Assembly (NCBI GenBank): GCA_050012475.1
Contig: JBEKHC010000001.1
Coordinates: 96,001 to 160,000, forward strand
DNA: 64,000 nucleotides
Source: Candidatus Velthaea sp.
Lineage (GTDB): Bacteria > Vulcanimicrobiota > Vulcanimicrobiia > Vulcanimicrobiales > Vulcanimicrobiaceae
Reading direction: 5' to 3'
Positions 49,986 to 60,544 of the stretch are shown piece by piece. The first letter of the stretch is position 1; each line of letters opens with the position of its first letter. The translations under genes and the position numbers were made by a program. A model generated the notes under the pieces. It ran no database searches and was not told the origin of the DNA. It saw only the letters and a program-made list of their open reading frames with translations.

Positions 49986-51319
49986 GGCCCGCGCGGCGTT
50001 GGTTTCCGTACGCGTTTCTGGCCGCGATGCTCGTCGTCGCTACCGTCTGCGGGGTGCTGGCGACGCGCATGGTGCAGACGGGCAATCTCAACCCGGTGAC
50101 GACCGCCGTCACGTTCTTCGTGCCGTCGCCCGAAACGGTCTTCGGCCGCGACCGGATCTACGTGCTCTTGCTGGGCATCGACTACAACTACGACAGCAAA
50201 GATCAAGAATATTCGACCCAGGCGCGCAGCGACACGATCATGGCCGCCGGACTCGATTTCCCGACCAAAGCGGTCAAGATCGTCTCGGTGCCGCGTGACA
50301 TGGCGGCGACGATTCGCGGTCGCGACGACAAGATCAACAGCGCGTTCGCCGTCGGCGGCGAAGGATATGCCGATACCGTGGTCGGCAGTTGGCTGGGCCT
50401 GGCGAAGAACGAGCCGAAAAGCTATTTCGACCGCTTCATCGTGCTCAAGATCAACGCCACCAAAGAGCTCGTCGATGCCATCGGCGGCATCGACGTTCCG
50501 GTTGCCGAGCAGATGGACTACGACGATAGCTGGGGCCACCTGCACATTCACTTCAAACCCGGGCTGACGCATATGAACGGCGAGCAGGCCGTTTCGTACA
50601 GCCGTTTCCGGCACGATGCGTGCAGCGATCCGTGCCGCATCAAACGTCAGCAGCAAGTCTTGCAAATCACCGTCGCCAAGCTGAAATCCGACAAATTCAA
50701 CGATCTCGCGCATATCGGCGCGCTCATCGGCGTCATCAACCGCAACGTCACGACGAATCTGTCCGACGACGAGAAGAAGAGCCTGGCCTGGTATTACCGG
50801 GATTTCAATTTGGCCGATCTCAAGACCGACCAGATAACGTATACCGGCACCGTGCAGACGGACTCGGGCGAGGCGCTCGTGCCCGACCAGAAGCAACGCG
50901 CGGCAGCGGTCGCGGTACTGACCGGAGTCTACGTGCGCGAGACGCCGCCGCCGGCACCGGGTCCGGTCGCCGCGGTGCCGCCCTCGCACGTTCACATCGC
51001 CGTCGAAAACGGCAGCGGCCAGAGCGGACTAGGCGCGAAGATGGCCGATCAGCTGCGCCGCCGCGGATTCGTGGTCGACCGCGTGGCGAACGCCGATGCT
51101 TTCACGTACGACACGACCATCATCCACGAACATTCTGCGACAAGCGGCGTGGGCGAACTCGTGCGCGTCAAGCTGGCGCTCAAAACTGCCGCCGTCACCG
51201 CGATGCCGAGCCCGGGACCCAGCGCGACGGCGGCGCCGGAAACCACCGACGTGACCGTGATCGTCGGCCGCGACTTTTCCAACGCGCTCGCGGCTTCTGC
51301 CGTAAAGGCATCGCAATAG
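49982..51319 (+). CDS. LCP (LytR-CpsA-Psr) family protein with LytR C-terminal domain
   Basis: RSDTIM, SVPRD, KINSAF, RIKRQQ, VENGSGQSGLG; TTG overlaps the rimO stop. Confidence 0.9.
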   Translation: MRPARRWFPYAFLAAMLVVATVCGVLATRMVQTGNLNPVTTAVTFFVPSPETVFGRDRIYVLLLGIDYNYDSKDQEYSTQARSDTIMAAGLDFPTKAVKIVSVPRDMAATIRGRDDKINSAFAVGGEGYADTVVGSWLGLAKNEPKSYFDRFIVLKINATKELVDAIGGIDVPVAEQMDYDDSWGHLHIHFKPGLTHMNGEQAVSYSRFRHDACSDPCRIKRQQQVLQITVAKLKSDKFNDLAHIGALIGVINRNVTTNLSDDEKKSLAWYYRDFNLADLKTDQITYTGTVQTDSGEALVPDQKQRAAAVAVLTGVYVRETPPPAPGPVAAVPPSHVHIAVENGSGQSGLGAKMADQLRRRGFVVDRVANADAFTYDTTIIHEHSATSGVGELVRVKLALKTAAVTAMPSPGPSATAAPETTDVTVIVGRDFSNALAASAVKASQ

Positions 51320-52173
51320 CCGCTCGAACGCGCATCCTGGCTCTCGTCGCGCTGGCCGTCTTCGCCCTGGCCGCCTATGGCGGATACCGGCTGTATCGGC
51401 GCACGGACGCGTTGGGCGCCCCCGCGCTGGTCACGCCCGCGATGGACGTTCACCGGCTGCTGTCGCCCTCGCTGGCCGTACGCTGGGACCGGCTCATTCA
51501 CGGCAATGCGCCGCCGACGGGTCCGCGGCCCAAACTCGTGGCCCTGACCTTCGATGACGGGCCGTATCCGGTCGACACGCCGCTCCTGCTCGACGTGCTG
51601 AGCGACCTCCACGTGCCGGCGACCTTCTTTTTGATCGGCCGCGATGCCGAGCAGTACCCCGAACTGGTTCGGCGGATCGCTGCGAGCGGTGGTGAGATCG
51701 CGGATCACACCTTGACCCATCCCAACTTGGCGGCGCTCGATGATGCGGCGGTGCGGCGCGAGATCGACGACGGCGCCGCGGAGTTGGGCCGGCTGGTTGC
51801 CGATCCGGCCATCCACACCCTCATGCGGCCGCCCCACGGCCGCTACCGGGAAGCGACGCTGCGGGTAGCGCAAGCCGCCGGTTACGACGTCGTGCTGTGG
51901 AACGACGACCCCGGCGATTGGCGCAGCGTCGGCCCTGCCGAGCTTGCGCGCCATATCCTGGCCCACGCGACGGCCCCCGAGATCCTCTTGCTGCACAGCG
52001 GACGCCTGGCCACCATCGCGATGCTGCCGGGCGTCGTCGGCTCCTTTCGCTCCGCGGGCTACCGCTTCGTCACCGTGGGTGACCTGCTCAAAAGCGTGGG
52101 GCCCGACGAGCTCAATCATCCACGCAAAGCACCGCTCGCGGAAAGTAACCGGGGAATCGCTGTCCAACCCTAG
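51316..52173 (+). CDS. Membrane-anchored polysaccharide deacetylase (NodB type); start apparently ATA
   Basis: ALTFDDGP, HTLTHP, RPPHG, ILLLH; N-terminal TM. Confidence 0.88.
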   Translation: MAARTRILALVALAVFALAAYGGYRLYRRTDALGAPALVTPAMDVHRLLSPSLAVRWDRLIHGNAPPTGPRPKLVALTFDDGPYPVDTPLLLDVLSDLHVPATFFLIGRDAEQYPELVRRIAASGGEIADHTLTHPNLAALDDAAVRREIDDGAAELGRLVADPAIHTLMRPPHGRYREATLRVAQAAGYDVVLWNDDPGDWRSVGPAELARHILAHATAPEILLLHSGRLATIAMLPGVVGSFRSAGYRFVTVGDLLKSVGPDELNHPRKAPLAESNRGIAVQP

Positions 52174-52244
52174 GGATGTGGCCGCAACGTCCGCCAACCC
52201 CGCCCGGGTCCGGTGAGAATGCGGTCGACGAAAGGGACACGACT

Positions 52245-52412
52245 TTGAAAAATTCGGTGCGCAACGAGGCGCAGCTGGCCGGGATCGGCGCAATCGTCGT
52301 GGCGGTCGCCGTTCTCGTTCTCTTTTTTGCGCTGACCCAAGCAGGCTTGGGGTCCGGCAACGCAACCACGACGAGCGCCCCCGCCCAGTCCGACGCAGCG
52401 AAGAGTCAATAA
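52245..52412 (+). CDS. Small single-TM protein
   Basis: AQLAGIGAIVVAVAVLVLFFAL; AAAGGGA upstream of TTG; start uncertain. Confidence 0.55.
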   Translation: MKNSVRNEAQLAGIGAIVVAVAVLVLFFALTQAGLGSGNATTTSAPAQSDAAKSQ

Positions 52413-52544
52413 CGGCCGTTCGCTTCCGGCCGGCCGGCGGTGCGGGGCGACATCGTCCCGCCGTTCCGGACGGCAACAGGATTCGGTCAAGCCGATTGCC
52501 CTTAGCCGGGGAACCGGATTTCGCGCCGAACGGTTATAGCACGT

Positions 52545-55271
52545 ATGGCTTTCCTCAAGGCACTTTTCGACGGTAACGAACGCGAGGTCGCGCGGCTGCG
52601 CAAGACGGCCGACCGTGTCAACGCGCTCGAGCCCCAAACCGCGCAGCTCTCCGATACCGAACTGACGGCAAAAACGCTGGAGTTCAAGGCGCGCGTCGCC
52701 GCTGCGACGACGCCGGACCACACGCGCGTGCTGCTCGACGAACTGCTGCCCGAGGCATTCGCGGTCGTCCGCGAAGCCGGGAAGCGGGTTTTGCAGATGC
52801 GCCACTTCGACGTCCAGATCATGGGCGGTCAAGTGCTGCACGAAGGAAAAGTCGCCGAGATGCGCACCGGCGAGGGCAAAACCCTCGTCGCGACGCTGGC
52901 AGTGTATCTGAACGCACTCGCCGGTAAGGGCGTCCACGTGGTCACCGTCAACGACTACTTGGCCAAGCGCGACGCCGAGTGGATGTCCCCGCTCTACAAT
53001 TTTTTGGGCATGTCGGTCGGGGTGATCCAGCACGACCTCGAGTCGGCCTCGCGCCGCGCCGCCTATGAGTCGGACATCACGTACGTCACCAACAACGAGA
53101 TCGGGTTCGACTATCTGCGCGACAACATGGCCTGGCGGCTCGAAGACATGGTGCAGCGTCCGCTCAACTATGCCATCGTCGACGAAGTCGATTCGATCCT
53201 CATCGACGAGGCGCGCACGCCGCTCATCATCAGCGGTCAAGGCCACGATGCCACCGAGTTGTACGGCAAGTTCGCTCAAGTCATCCCGCGGCTGCGCAAG
53301 GACGAAGACTTCACCGTCGATGAGAAAGCCCACGCCGTTCCAATCACCGAGAGCGGCGTGGCTAAGGTCGAGAAGATGCTGGGCGTCAGCAACCTCTACG
53401 ATCAGCGCAATCTCGAGCTGACGCATCAGCTCAACGCCGCGCTCAAAGCGTGGAATCTGTTCCATCGCGACCAGCAGTACATCGTCAAAGAGGGCGAAGT
53501 CGTCATCGTCGACGAGTTCACCGGACGGTTGATGTACGGCCGGCGCTACTCCGACGGGATCCACCAGGCGATCGAGGCCAAAGAAGGCTTGGCGGTCCGC
53601 AGCGAAGATCAAACGCTGGCCACCATCACGTTCCAGAATTACTTCCGGCTCTACGACAAGCTCGCCGGCATGACCGGAACGGCCAAGACCGAGGATCGCG
53701 AGTTTCGCGAAATTTACGGGCTCGACGTCGTCGTCATGCCGACGAACATGCCGGTCAAGCGCAAAGACTTTGCCGACATCGTCTATCGCACCGAAAACGC
53801 GAAGTTCGATTCGGTGGTCGAGGAGATCATCCGCGAGCACGATACTGGCCGGCCGGTGCTCGTGGGCACGCGTTCGATCGAGAAATCCGAGCGCCTGGCG
53901 ATGCTGCTGCGCAATCGCGGCGTCGAGTGCAACGTCCTCAACGCCAAATATCACGAACAGGAAGCGCAGATCATCAAGGATGCCGGTCAGTGGGGGGCGG
54001 TCACGATCGCCACCAACATGGCTGGCCGCGGCGTCGACATCAAGCTGGGCGAAGGCGTCGCCGCGCTCGGCGGCCTGCACATCATCGGCACCGAGCGGCA
54101 CGAGTCGCGGCGGATCGATAACCAGTTGCGCGGGCGGTCCGGACGGCAGGGCGACCTGGGTTCGACCCGGTTCTACATCGCGCTGGACGACGAGCTCATG
54201 CGGCTTTTCGGCGCCGAGCGCATTCAAAAGATGATGGATTTCGTCAAGTTCACCGACGAGACGCCGATCGAAGCCGGGATCCTCTCGAAATCGATCGAGA
54301 ACGCGCAATCCAAAGTCGAGAACCACAACTACGAGATCCGCAAACAGGTTCTCGAGTACGACGACGTCATGAACAAGCAGCGCGAGATCATCTACGGCGA
54401 GCGCCGGCGCGTGCTGCAAGGCGAGTCGATGCGTGATTTCATGCTCGATACGCTCAAGACCAAGATCGACTACGCCGTCGACAGCGGCGCGCCGCCCGAA
54501 GAGCATCCCAGCGAATGGGACCTCGACGAAGTGCTCAACGAAGTCGAGCTGATCTTTCCGGTGCGCGAGCACATCACGGTCGAAGAGCTCGAGAAGCTCG
54601 ATCGTGACGCGATGAAGGAGCGGCTCTACGCGCTCGGCTTGGCGGCGTACGAAGCCAAAGAAGCCGAAGTTTCGCCCGAGATCATGCGCATGATCGAGTC
54701 GCAATACATTATGCTGCCGATCATCGACCGGATGTGGGTCGATCATCTGTACGTGATGGATGCGCTCAAGTCGGGCATCGGGCTGCGCGGCTACGGCCAA
54801 AAAGACCCGCGCGTCGAATACGAAAAAGAAGCCTACGAGATTTTCGAGGACCTCAAGAACAACATCGCCGACGAAGCGATCAAATCGGTGTTCGCGGTGC
54901 GGATCGAGCGGACCGAAGAAGGAGCGCCGCCGCCGGACGAGCTCGCCGAGCTGCCGCCGGCCGGCGCCGCGTTCGAGAACGGCATCGCGGCCAACGGCGT
55001 CGCGACGAGTTCGCTGCCCAATCTTGCCTTCGAGCCCGTACCCGCCGGCGCGCTCTTGCCTCAGGCGGCGCCGTCCCGGCTCGATCCGGCCACGGCCGAG
55101 CGGCTGCTGGGTCCGGCGCCGCGGGCCGCCGCCTCCAACATGCACACCAATTTGGGCGATGACGGCGCGGGGTCCCGGCAAAAAGCGGCGCCGGAAAAAG
55201 TCGGCCGCAACGACCAGTGCCCGTGCGGTTCGGGCAAGAAATATAAGCGCTGCCACGGAGCCGCCGCCTAA
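52545..55271 (+). CDS. secA: Preprotein translocase SecA
   Basis: [33 protein letters not shown]-terminal [13 protein letters not shown]. Confidence 0.98.
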   Translation: MAFLKALFDGNEREVARLRKTADRVNALEPQTAQLSDTELTAKTLEFKARVAAATTPDHTRVLLDELLPEAFAVVREAGKRVLQMRHFDVQIMGGQVLHEGKVAEMRTGEGKTLVATLAVYLNALAGKGVHVVTVNDYLAKRDAEWMSPLYNFLGMSVGVIQHDLESASRRAAYESDITYVTNNEIGFDYLRDNMAWRLEDMVQRPLNYAIVDEVDSILIDEARTPLIISGQGHDATELYGKFAQVIPRLRKDEDFTVDEKAHAVPITESGVAKVEKMLGVSNLYDQRNLELTHQLNAALKAWNLFHRDQQYIVKEGEVVIVDEFTGRLMYGRRYSDGIHQAIEAKEGLAVRSEDQTLATITFQNYFRLYDKLAGMTGTAKTEDREFREIYGLDVVVMPTNMPVKRKDFADIVYRTENAKFDSVVEEIIREHDTGRPVLVGTRSIEKSERLAMLLRNRGVECNVLNAKYHEQEAQIIKDAGQWGAVTIATNMAGRGVDIKLGEGVAALGGLHIIGTERHESRRIDNQLRGRSGRQGDLGSTRFYIALDDELMRLFGAERIQKMMDFVKFTDETPIEAGILSKSIENAQSKVENHNYEIRKQVLEYDDVMNKQREIIYGERRRVLQGESMRDFMLDTLKTKIDYAVDSGAPPEEHPSEWDLDEVLNEVELIFPVREHITVEELEKLDRDAMKERLYALGLAAYEAKEAEVSPEIMRMIESQYIMLPIIDRMWVDHLYVMDALKSGIGLRGYGQKDPRVEYEKEAYEIFEDLKNNIADEAIKSVFAVRIERTEEGAPPPDELAELPPAGAAFENGIAANGVATSSLPNLAFEPVPAGALLPQAAPSRLDPATAERLLGPAPRAAASNMHTNLGDDGAGSRQKAAPEKVGRNDQCPCGSGKKYKRCHGAAA

Positions 55272-55297
55272 CCGATCTGTCGCGTTGCCGCCCGAGG

Positions 55298-55325
55298 TAA
55301 AAGGTTAGCCTCGAATTGCCGATGG
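55298..55325 (+). promoter_or_regulatory. Sigma28-like promoter
   Basis: TAAA-N16-GCCGATGG between secA and the first diguanylate cyclase. Confidence 0.6.
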
Positions 55326-55329
55326 GAAC

Positions 55330-56604
55330 ATGCTCGGCTACGCGGCGTCGGCTCCGTCAAAGGTGCGATTGCCTTCCTCCGGCGGTGTCAGCGAGGACAT
55401 CCAGCGACAGCTTGTCGAGATGCTCTTTGCGCAGCGAGCAACGCTCTTGGCCGGCGGGTTCGCGATGGCACTGGCCGAGCTGATCTGCTGGCTGCGTACG
55501 GGTCAACGATGGCTGATCGTGGCCGCAATAGCGACCCTCGGCGCGCTGGCGGTCCGCCTGGCGATCGAGTGGGCTTTTCACCATCGGTCCGACCGCCGGA
55601 CCGGCATTCGCGCCTGGCATCTGCGCTTCGTGGCCGGAGCGTGGCTGGCCGGAATCATGTGGGGAGCGGTCGCGCTGTCGATCGTGACGCGCAGCGATCC
55701 GTTCGTTCAGATGTTCTTGATCTCGCTCGAAACGTCGACCATCATGGGCGGCGCGGCGCGCAATGCGTCCAGCCCTCTTGCCGCGATCGGTCAGTCCGTC
55801 CTCGGGCTGGCGCCGCTCTTCGTTGCTTGCATCGCAACGCTGGACCGCTACTACCTCGCCTTCAGCGTGTATATCGTGTTCGCGTTTCTGGGCGCCCTCG
55901 TGCTGGTGCGCTCCTTGTACAGCCACCACGTGCGGTTCCTGATCACGAACGAAGAGAAAGTAAACCTCGTGGGCGAGATTCGGCGAGCCAATCTCGAACT
56001 CGGCGCGGCGGACGAGCTGCTCGAAACGGCTGCCACCACGGATTCGCTCACCGGCATCGCTAATCGGCGCCGCTTCGATGCGGTCTTGGCCCATGGAGTC
56101 AGCCGGGCCGCGCGCGAGCGCTCGGAGCTGGCGCTGCTGATCATCGATTTTGACTCGTTCAAGGGATACAACGATCTCTATGGCCACCAGGCCGGCGATG
56201 CGGCCTTGCAACGCGTTGCACAAGCGCTGTGGACCAATTTACGGCGCAAAAGCGATCTCGTCGCCCGCTACGGCGGGGAAGAGTTTGCCGCGGTCCTGCC
56301 CCAGACCGATGCGGGATCCGCGCTTGCACTCGCGGAGGGCGTTCGCGGAGCGGTCGAGGCGTTGGCGTTACTCAATGCCGCTGGTCCCGCCGGCGTTCTC
56401 TCGGTGAGCATCCGCGTCGCCAGCTTCGACCCCGGGCGCTTTCGGGGGCCCGAAGATTTCCTTCGCGGCGCGGACGAAGCGCTCTATGCCGCCAAAGCCG
56501 CAGGAAGGAACTGCGTGCGACTCTTCGCCGACGCCGACGCTGACGACGGCGGGCGGTCCGTGGCGGCAGGCGGATGCGAGGCAGGGGCTGCCGCTGGGGC
56601 TTGA
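55330..56604 (+). CDS. Membrane-bound diguanylate cyclase
   Basis: About six TMs, RKSD I-site, GGEEF; true start may lie downstream. Confidence 0.9.
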   Translation: MLGYAASAPSKVRLPSSGGVSEDIQRQLVEMLFAQRATLLAGGFAMALAELICWLRTGQRWLIVAAIATLGALAVRLAIEWAFHHRSDRRTGIRAWHLRFVAGAWLAGIMWGAVALSIVTRSDPFVQMFLISLETSTIMGGAARNASSPLAAIGQSVLGLAPLFVACIATLDRYYLAFSVYIVFAFLGALVLVRSLYSHHVRFLITNEEKVNLVGEIRRANLELGAADELLETAATTDSLTGIANRRRFDAVLAHGVSRAARERSELALLIIDFDSFKGYNDLYGHQAGDAALQRVAQALWTNLRRKSDLVARYGGEEFAAVLPQTDAGSALALAEGVRGAVEALALLNAAGPAGVLSVSIRVASFDPGRFRGPEDFLRGADEALYAAKAAGRNCVRLFADADADDGGRSVAAGGCEAGAAAGA

Positions 56605-56773
56605 GTGCTCGGGCCGGCGAAAACCGCGCGTTGCGTGCGTTGCGCCGCTCGCAAACTGCCGATAGAAAAGGCATGGCCGGCAGAGCAAGGGGCATGCTCT
56701 TGGTTCACCTCGTGGAGGTGGCCGGTTTTCGCGCTCGCCGCGGCTCGTTCGGATTGAAAGACACGCGGGCGGG

Positions 56774-58003
56774 ATGAAAACGGCGAACTCCCGCGAGCCA
56801 TTGAGCGAGACGGTCGAGTGGAAGCTGGTCGAAGAACTCTTCCACCAGCGGTCGATCATCGTGGTGAGCCTGGTCTGTATGCCGGCGGTCGCCGCAATGA
56901 GTTTTTCGCGCACGGGTCAGACGTGGTTTGTAGTCTGGGGCGTTGCCGCGATCGGACTAGCGCTGCTGCGGCTCGCCGTCGAGTTTGCGTTCACCCATCG
57001 TCGCGAACGCTTCAAAAACCGGCGGCGCTGGCAGCTCCTGTTCTTGGCCGGGTCGTCGCTCAACGGGTTGCTGAGCGGCATTCTTGCCGCCGGAGTAGGC
57101 GGCGGGCCGGATCCGTTCACGCAAATGCTCGGCATCACGATGATGACCGCGTTCGTCATGGGTTCGGCGGCTCGCAACGCGGTGTACCCCGCGGCCGCGA
57201 TCTCCTTCGTGCTGTTGGCAGAAGGTCCGCTCCTCGTCGCGTGCCTGCTCTCGCGCAACGCGTACTACATGCTGTACGCCGTCTTCATCGTCATGTACGC
57301 ATTCACGTCGGTCTCGGTGGTGGGCCATTTCTACGCCCGGACCGTCCGCTTTCTGTGCGCCGATGAAGAAGAAATCGAACTGATGAACCAGATCCGCCGC
57401 TCCAATGACGAGCTGGCCGGCGCGAACCGGCAGCTCGCCGCCATGGCCCGGATCGACGGCCTGACCGGCGTGGCGAATCGCCGCAGCTTCGACGAACTGC
57501 TCGAGCGCGAAACGCACCGCGCCCGCAGCGGCGGTTCGCCGTTCTCGCTCTTGATGCTCGACATCGATGCCTTCAAGGGCTACAACGATCGTTACGGTCA
57601 TCAGGCCGGCGACGACTGCCTGCGCATCGTCGCGCGCACGGTAGCGGCGTGTTTGCGCCGCCCGGGCGATATCGTGGCACGCTACGGCGGCGAAGAGTTC
57701 GTGGCGATTTTGCCCAGCACCGACGAAGCCGGTGCCGTTGCACTGGCGGAAACGATTCGCTCGGCAATCGAAGCGCTGCGCGTCGAGAGCGTCGACGCGC
57801 CCGGTGGCGTGGTCACACTGAGCGTCGGCGTTGCGACGTCGACTGACGACGCCGACTGGAATGCCGATGAGCTGATCCGGCGCGCGGATGCGGCGCTCTA
57901 TGAGGCCAAACGCGCGGGCCGCAATTGCGTTTGGGTTGCCGAGCCGGGCGAAGCGCCGAGCAGGCTCGCTTTGGGCCCAGCCGAAGAAGTTGCACTGCCA
58001 TGA
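56774..58003 (+). CDS. Membrane-bound diguanylate cyclase (paralog of the upstream gene)
   Basis: About six TMs, RPGD I-site, GGEEF; shares DPF.QM and AARNA motifs. Confidence 0.92.
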   Translation: MKTANSREPLSETVEWKLVEELFHQRSIIVVSLVCMPAVAAMSFSRTGQTWFVVWGVAAIGLALLRLAVEFAFTHRRERFKNRRRWQLLFLAGSSLNGLLSGILAAGVGGGPDPFTQMLGITMMTAFVMGSAARNAVYPAAAISFVLLAEGPLLVACLLSRNAYYMLYAVFIVMYAFTSVSVVGHFYARTVRFLCADEEEIELMNQIRRSNDELAGANRQLAAMARIDGLTGVANRRSFDELLERETHRARSGGSPFSLLMLDIDAFKGYNDRYGHQAGDDCLRIVARTVAACLRRPGDIVARYGGEEFVAILPSTDEAGAVALAETIRSAIEALRVESVDAPGGVVTLSVGVATSTDDADWNADELIRRADAALYEAKRAGRNCVWVAEPGEAPSRLALGPAEEVALP

Positions 58004-59113
58004 GTGAAGCGCAGGTTGCCGTCATCGCAAAAGCTCGCGAGCGTCTGGAGACGCTCAAGGTGCGGCTTTGACCACGCTGGCAAGACGCGCCAGGTAGCCG
58101 AACTCGAAGAGCGTTCGCGGTCCGGCGATTTCTGGAACGATGCGGCCAAGGCGCAGGCCGTGATGAAGCAAGTCTCGGATCTGCGCGAGGAAGTCGACCG
58201 GGTCGGCGGGGTCGAGCGCGAATTGGACGATGCGCTCGAAATGCTGGAGGTCTTGGGCGACGAGCCAGGGGTCGAGCGCGACGTCGATGCGGCCGTCGTT
58301 CGCGCGCAGGCGACGCTCGACGAGCTGGAAATGGCAGCGAACTTCGACCGGCCCTACGATTCGCACGGAGCGATCGTGACCATACGGGCGGGAGCGGGAG
58401 GAACCGACGCAGCCGACTGGGTTGCGATGCTCGCGCGAATGTATTTGAAATGGGCGGAGGCGCACGGCTTGGCAGGCCAAGTTGCCGAGGAAGCTGCGGG
58501 CGACGAGGCCGGTCTGCGCTCGATCACGTTCTTCTTGCGCGGGCGCAACGCGTACGGGATGCTGGAAAGTGAACGCGGCGTTCATCGGCTCGTGCGCATC
58601 TCGCCCTTCGATCAGGCGCATCGCCGCCAGACGTCGTTCGCCGAGGTCGACGTGGTGCCCGAGATCGAAGCCGGCGACGCGGAAGACATCGAGATCCGGC
58701 CCGAAGACCTGCGCGTCGAGACGTTCAAGGCCGGCGGCGCCGGCGGTCAATACGTCAACAAAACCGAGTCTGCCATTCGGATCATCCACATCCCGACGAA
58801 TACGATCGTGGCTTCACAGCAGGAGCGGTCGCAAATGCAGAACCGCGACGTTGCGATGACGATTCTGCGCGCCAAACTCGTTGCCCGCGAACGTGAGGAG
58901 CGTGACGCCAAGCTCTCCGAGTTACGCGGCGAACGCAAAGCCAACGAGTGGGGTTCGCAAATTCGTTCGTACGTGCTCAATCCGTACCAGCTGGTCAAAG
59001 ACCATCGCACGAACGTCGAAACCGGCAACGTCGCCGCCGTGCTCGACGGCGACATCGATGGTTTCATGTGGCCCTATCTCCAGCGGCGCAACGAGTTCAG
59101 CGGAGCGGCCTAA
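58000..59113 (+). CDS. prfB: Peptide chain release factor 2 with programmed +1 frameshift
   Basis: ATG 58000 gives MSEAQ...KVRL then CTT-TGA-C at 58066-58072 after AGGTG; +1 frame has SPF and GGQ motifs. Confidence 0.96.
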
Positions 59114-59278
59114 TGAATTCGCCTCGGATGGATTCGTCTCGGCTCTCGCTCGACGAATCCCGCTCGAGTGGATCCGTCTTGGCTTCGCTCGACAGATCCA
59201 CCGCGTTCGGCCCGAAGGGCCGAGCCGCCATCTCGCTTACGCTCGATGATCCATCGCGTTCGGCTTCACCGAGCCGCC
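59114..59278. repeat. REP-like palindromic cluster
   Basis: Two full and two partial TGGAT..CTCGGCTTCGCTCGAC..ATCC units and two CGCGTTCGGC..CCGAGCCGCC units. Confidence 0.8.
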
Positions 59279-59291
59279 CGACACACTCCTG

Positions 59292-60203
59292 ATGAGCGAT
59301 TCGGTGGTCCGCGTCAAGCCGCGCATCGACGTCGTGGTCGTGTGCTGGAACGACAAAGAGAAAATCACGATCGCGCTGGATTCCGTATATGCGTTGCCCG
59401 AAGTGCAGCGCGAGCCGGAGTTCGTCAACGTCGTGGTTTCCGACAACGGTTCGACCGACGGCAGCCGCGAATTTCTGCGCGAACGCTATGGCGCGCGGCT
59501 GCAGATCGTTGAAAACGGGGCGAACTTGGGCTTCGCCGCTGCGTGCAATCGTGCGTTCGCAGCGACGTCGTCCGACTACGTGTTCTTACTCAACCCTGAC
59601 GCCGAGCTCAAGCCCGGCGCGCTGACCGCGATCGTGGCGTTCATGGACGCGCACCCGCGCTGCGGCATCGCCGGCTCGCGTATCTATAACTACGACGGCA
59701 GCGTGCAGCAGTCGGTGGGTGAGTTCGATACCTGGAGCGGCGCGTTCTTACGGTCGAGCGCCTGGGGTGAGTGGCCGGTCTTCACGCGTTTTGCGAACGG
59801 TGCGTCGCTGCGCGGTTGGAACTACGACACCGAGCGGCGCGTCGATCTCGCGATCGGTGCGGCGCTGGCCATCCGGCGAACGATGATCGAGCAGATCGGC
59901 GCGTTCGACGAGCGCTTTTTTCTCTACCACGAAGAAGTCGACTACGCCAAGCGTGCCGCCGACGCCGGCTGGGAAACCTGGTTCGTGCCGGGCAGCGAAG
60001 CCGTTCACGAAGGCGAGGGCAGTGCCAAAGGACAGTACAGCGTCGAATCGCGCAAGCAGCGATCGCGGCGCAAGTACTGGATCAAGCATCACGGCTATCT
60101 CTGGTTCTACGCGCTCAATGCGGCCTTGATCGGCCGGTACGTGCTGTATCTCGGCGTGCTCGTCGCCGGGTTCGCCGCGGGCCGGCGGCTGTTGCGGCGC
60201 TGA
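59292..60203 (+). CDS. Glycosyltransferase family 2
   Basis: DNGSTDGS, NLGFAAACN, LNPD, FDERFFLYHEEVD. Confidence 0.92.
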   Translation: MSDSVVRVKPRIDVVVVCWNDKEKITIALDSVYALPEVQREPEFVNVVVSDNGSTDGSREFLRERYGARLQIVENGANLGFAAACNRAFAATSSDYVFLLNPDAELKPGALTAIVAFMDAHPRCGIAGSRIYNYDGSVQQSVGEFDTWSGAFLRSSAWGEWPVFTRFANGASLRGWNYDTERRVDLAIGAALAIRRTMIEQIGAFDERFFLYHEEVDYAKRAADAGWETWFVPGSEAVHEGEGSAKGQYSVESRKQRSRRKYWIKHHGYLWFYALNAALIGRYVLYLGVLVAGFAAGRRLLRR

Positions 60204-60544
60204 TGGCGATCGCGCCCGAAGCCGTCGTCACGTTCGAGCGGATCGACGGCTATCGCATCATCCGTTCGTTCGGTTTCGCTTACGGGCACGCGAGCCGGCC
60301 GCGCAACGTCTTGCGGGCGACGTTTCGCAGCATCGGCGCCTTCATCGGTTTGGCGCCGATCGAATATCTCACCGAAGCCGAACGGGCGCGGGCAGAATCG
60401 CTCGCATCGCTCATTCGCCGCGCCGAAGAAATGGGCGCCAACGGCATCGTCGGGTTGCAATTTCAAGCCTCCGAGGCCGCCGACGGCTCGACGCGCGTGC
60501 TGGCGTTCGGCGAAGCGGTGTTGCTGGAACCGCCGCCGCGATGA
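60203..60544 (+). CDS. YbjQ/UPF0145-family protein
   Basis: IDGYRI, AEEMGANGIVGL, VLAFGEAV; TGATG coupling. Confidence 0.85.
   Translation: MAIAPEAVVTFERIDGYRIIRSFGFAYGHASRPRNVLRATFRSIGAFIGLAPIEYLTEAERARAESLASLIRRAEEMGANGIVGLQFQASEAADGSTRVLAFGEAVLLEPPPR

Noticed and set aside
52170..55256. 1028-aa minus-strand ORF and similar long antisense ORFs (17158-19179, 24861-27269, 4016-5818)
   Set aside because: Shadow frames of secA, dnaK and ABC genes, typical of high-GC codon bias
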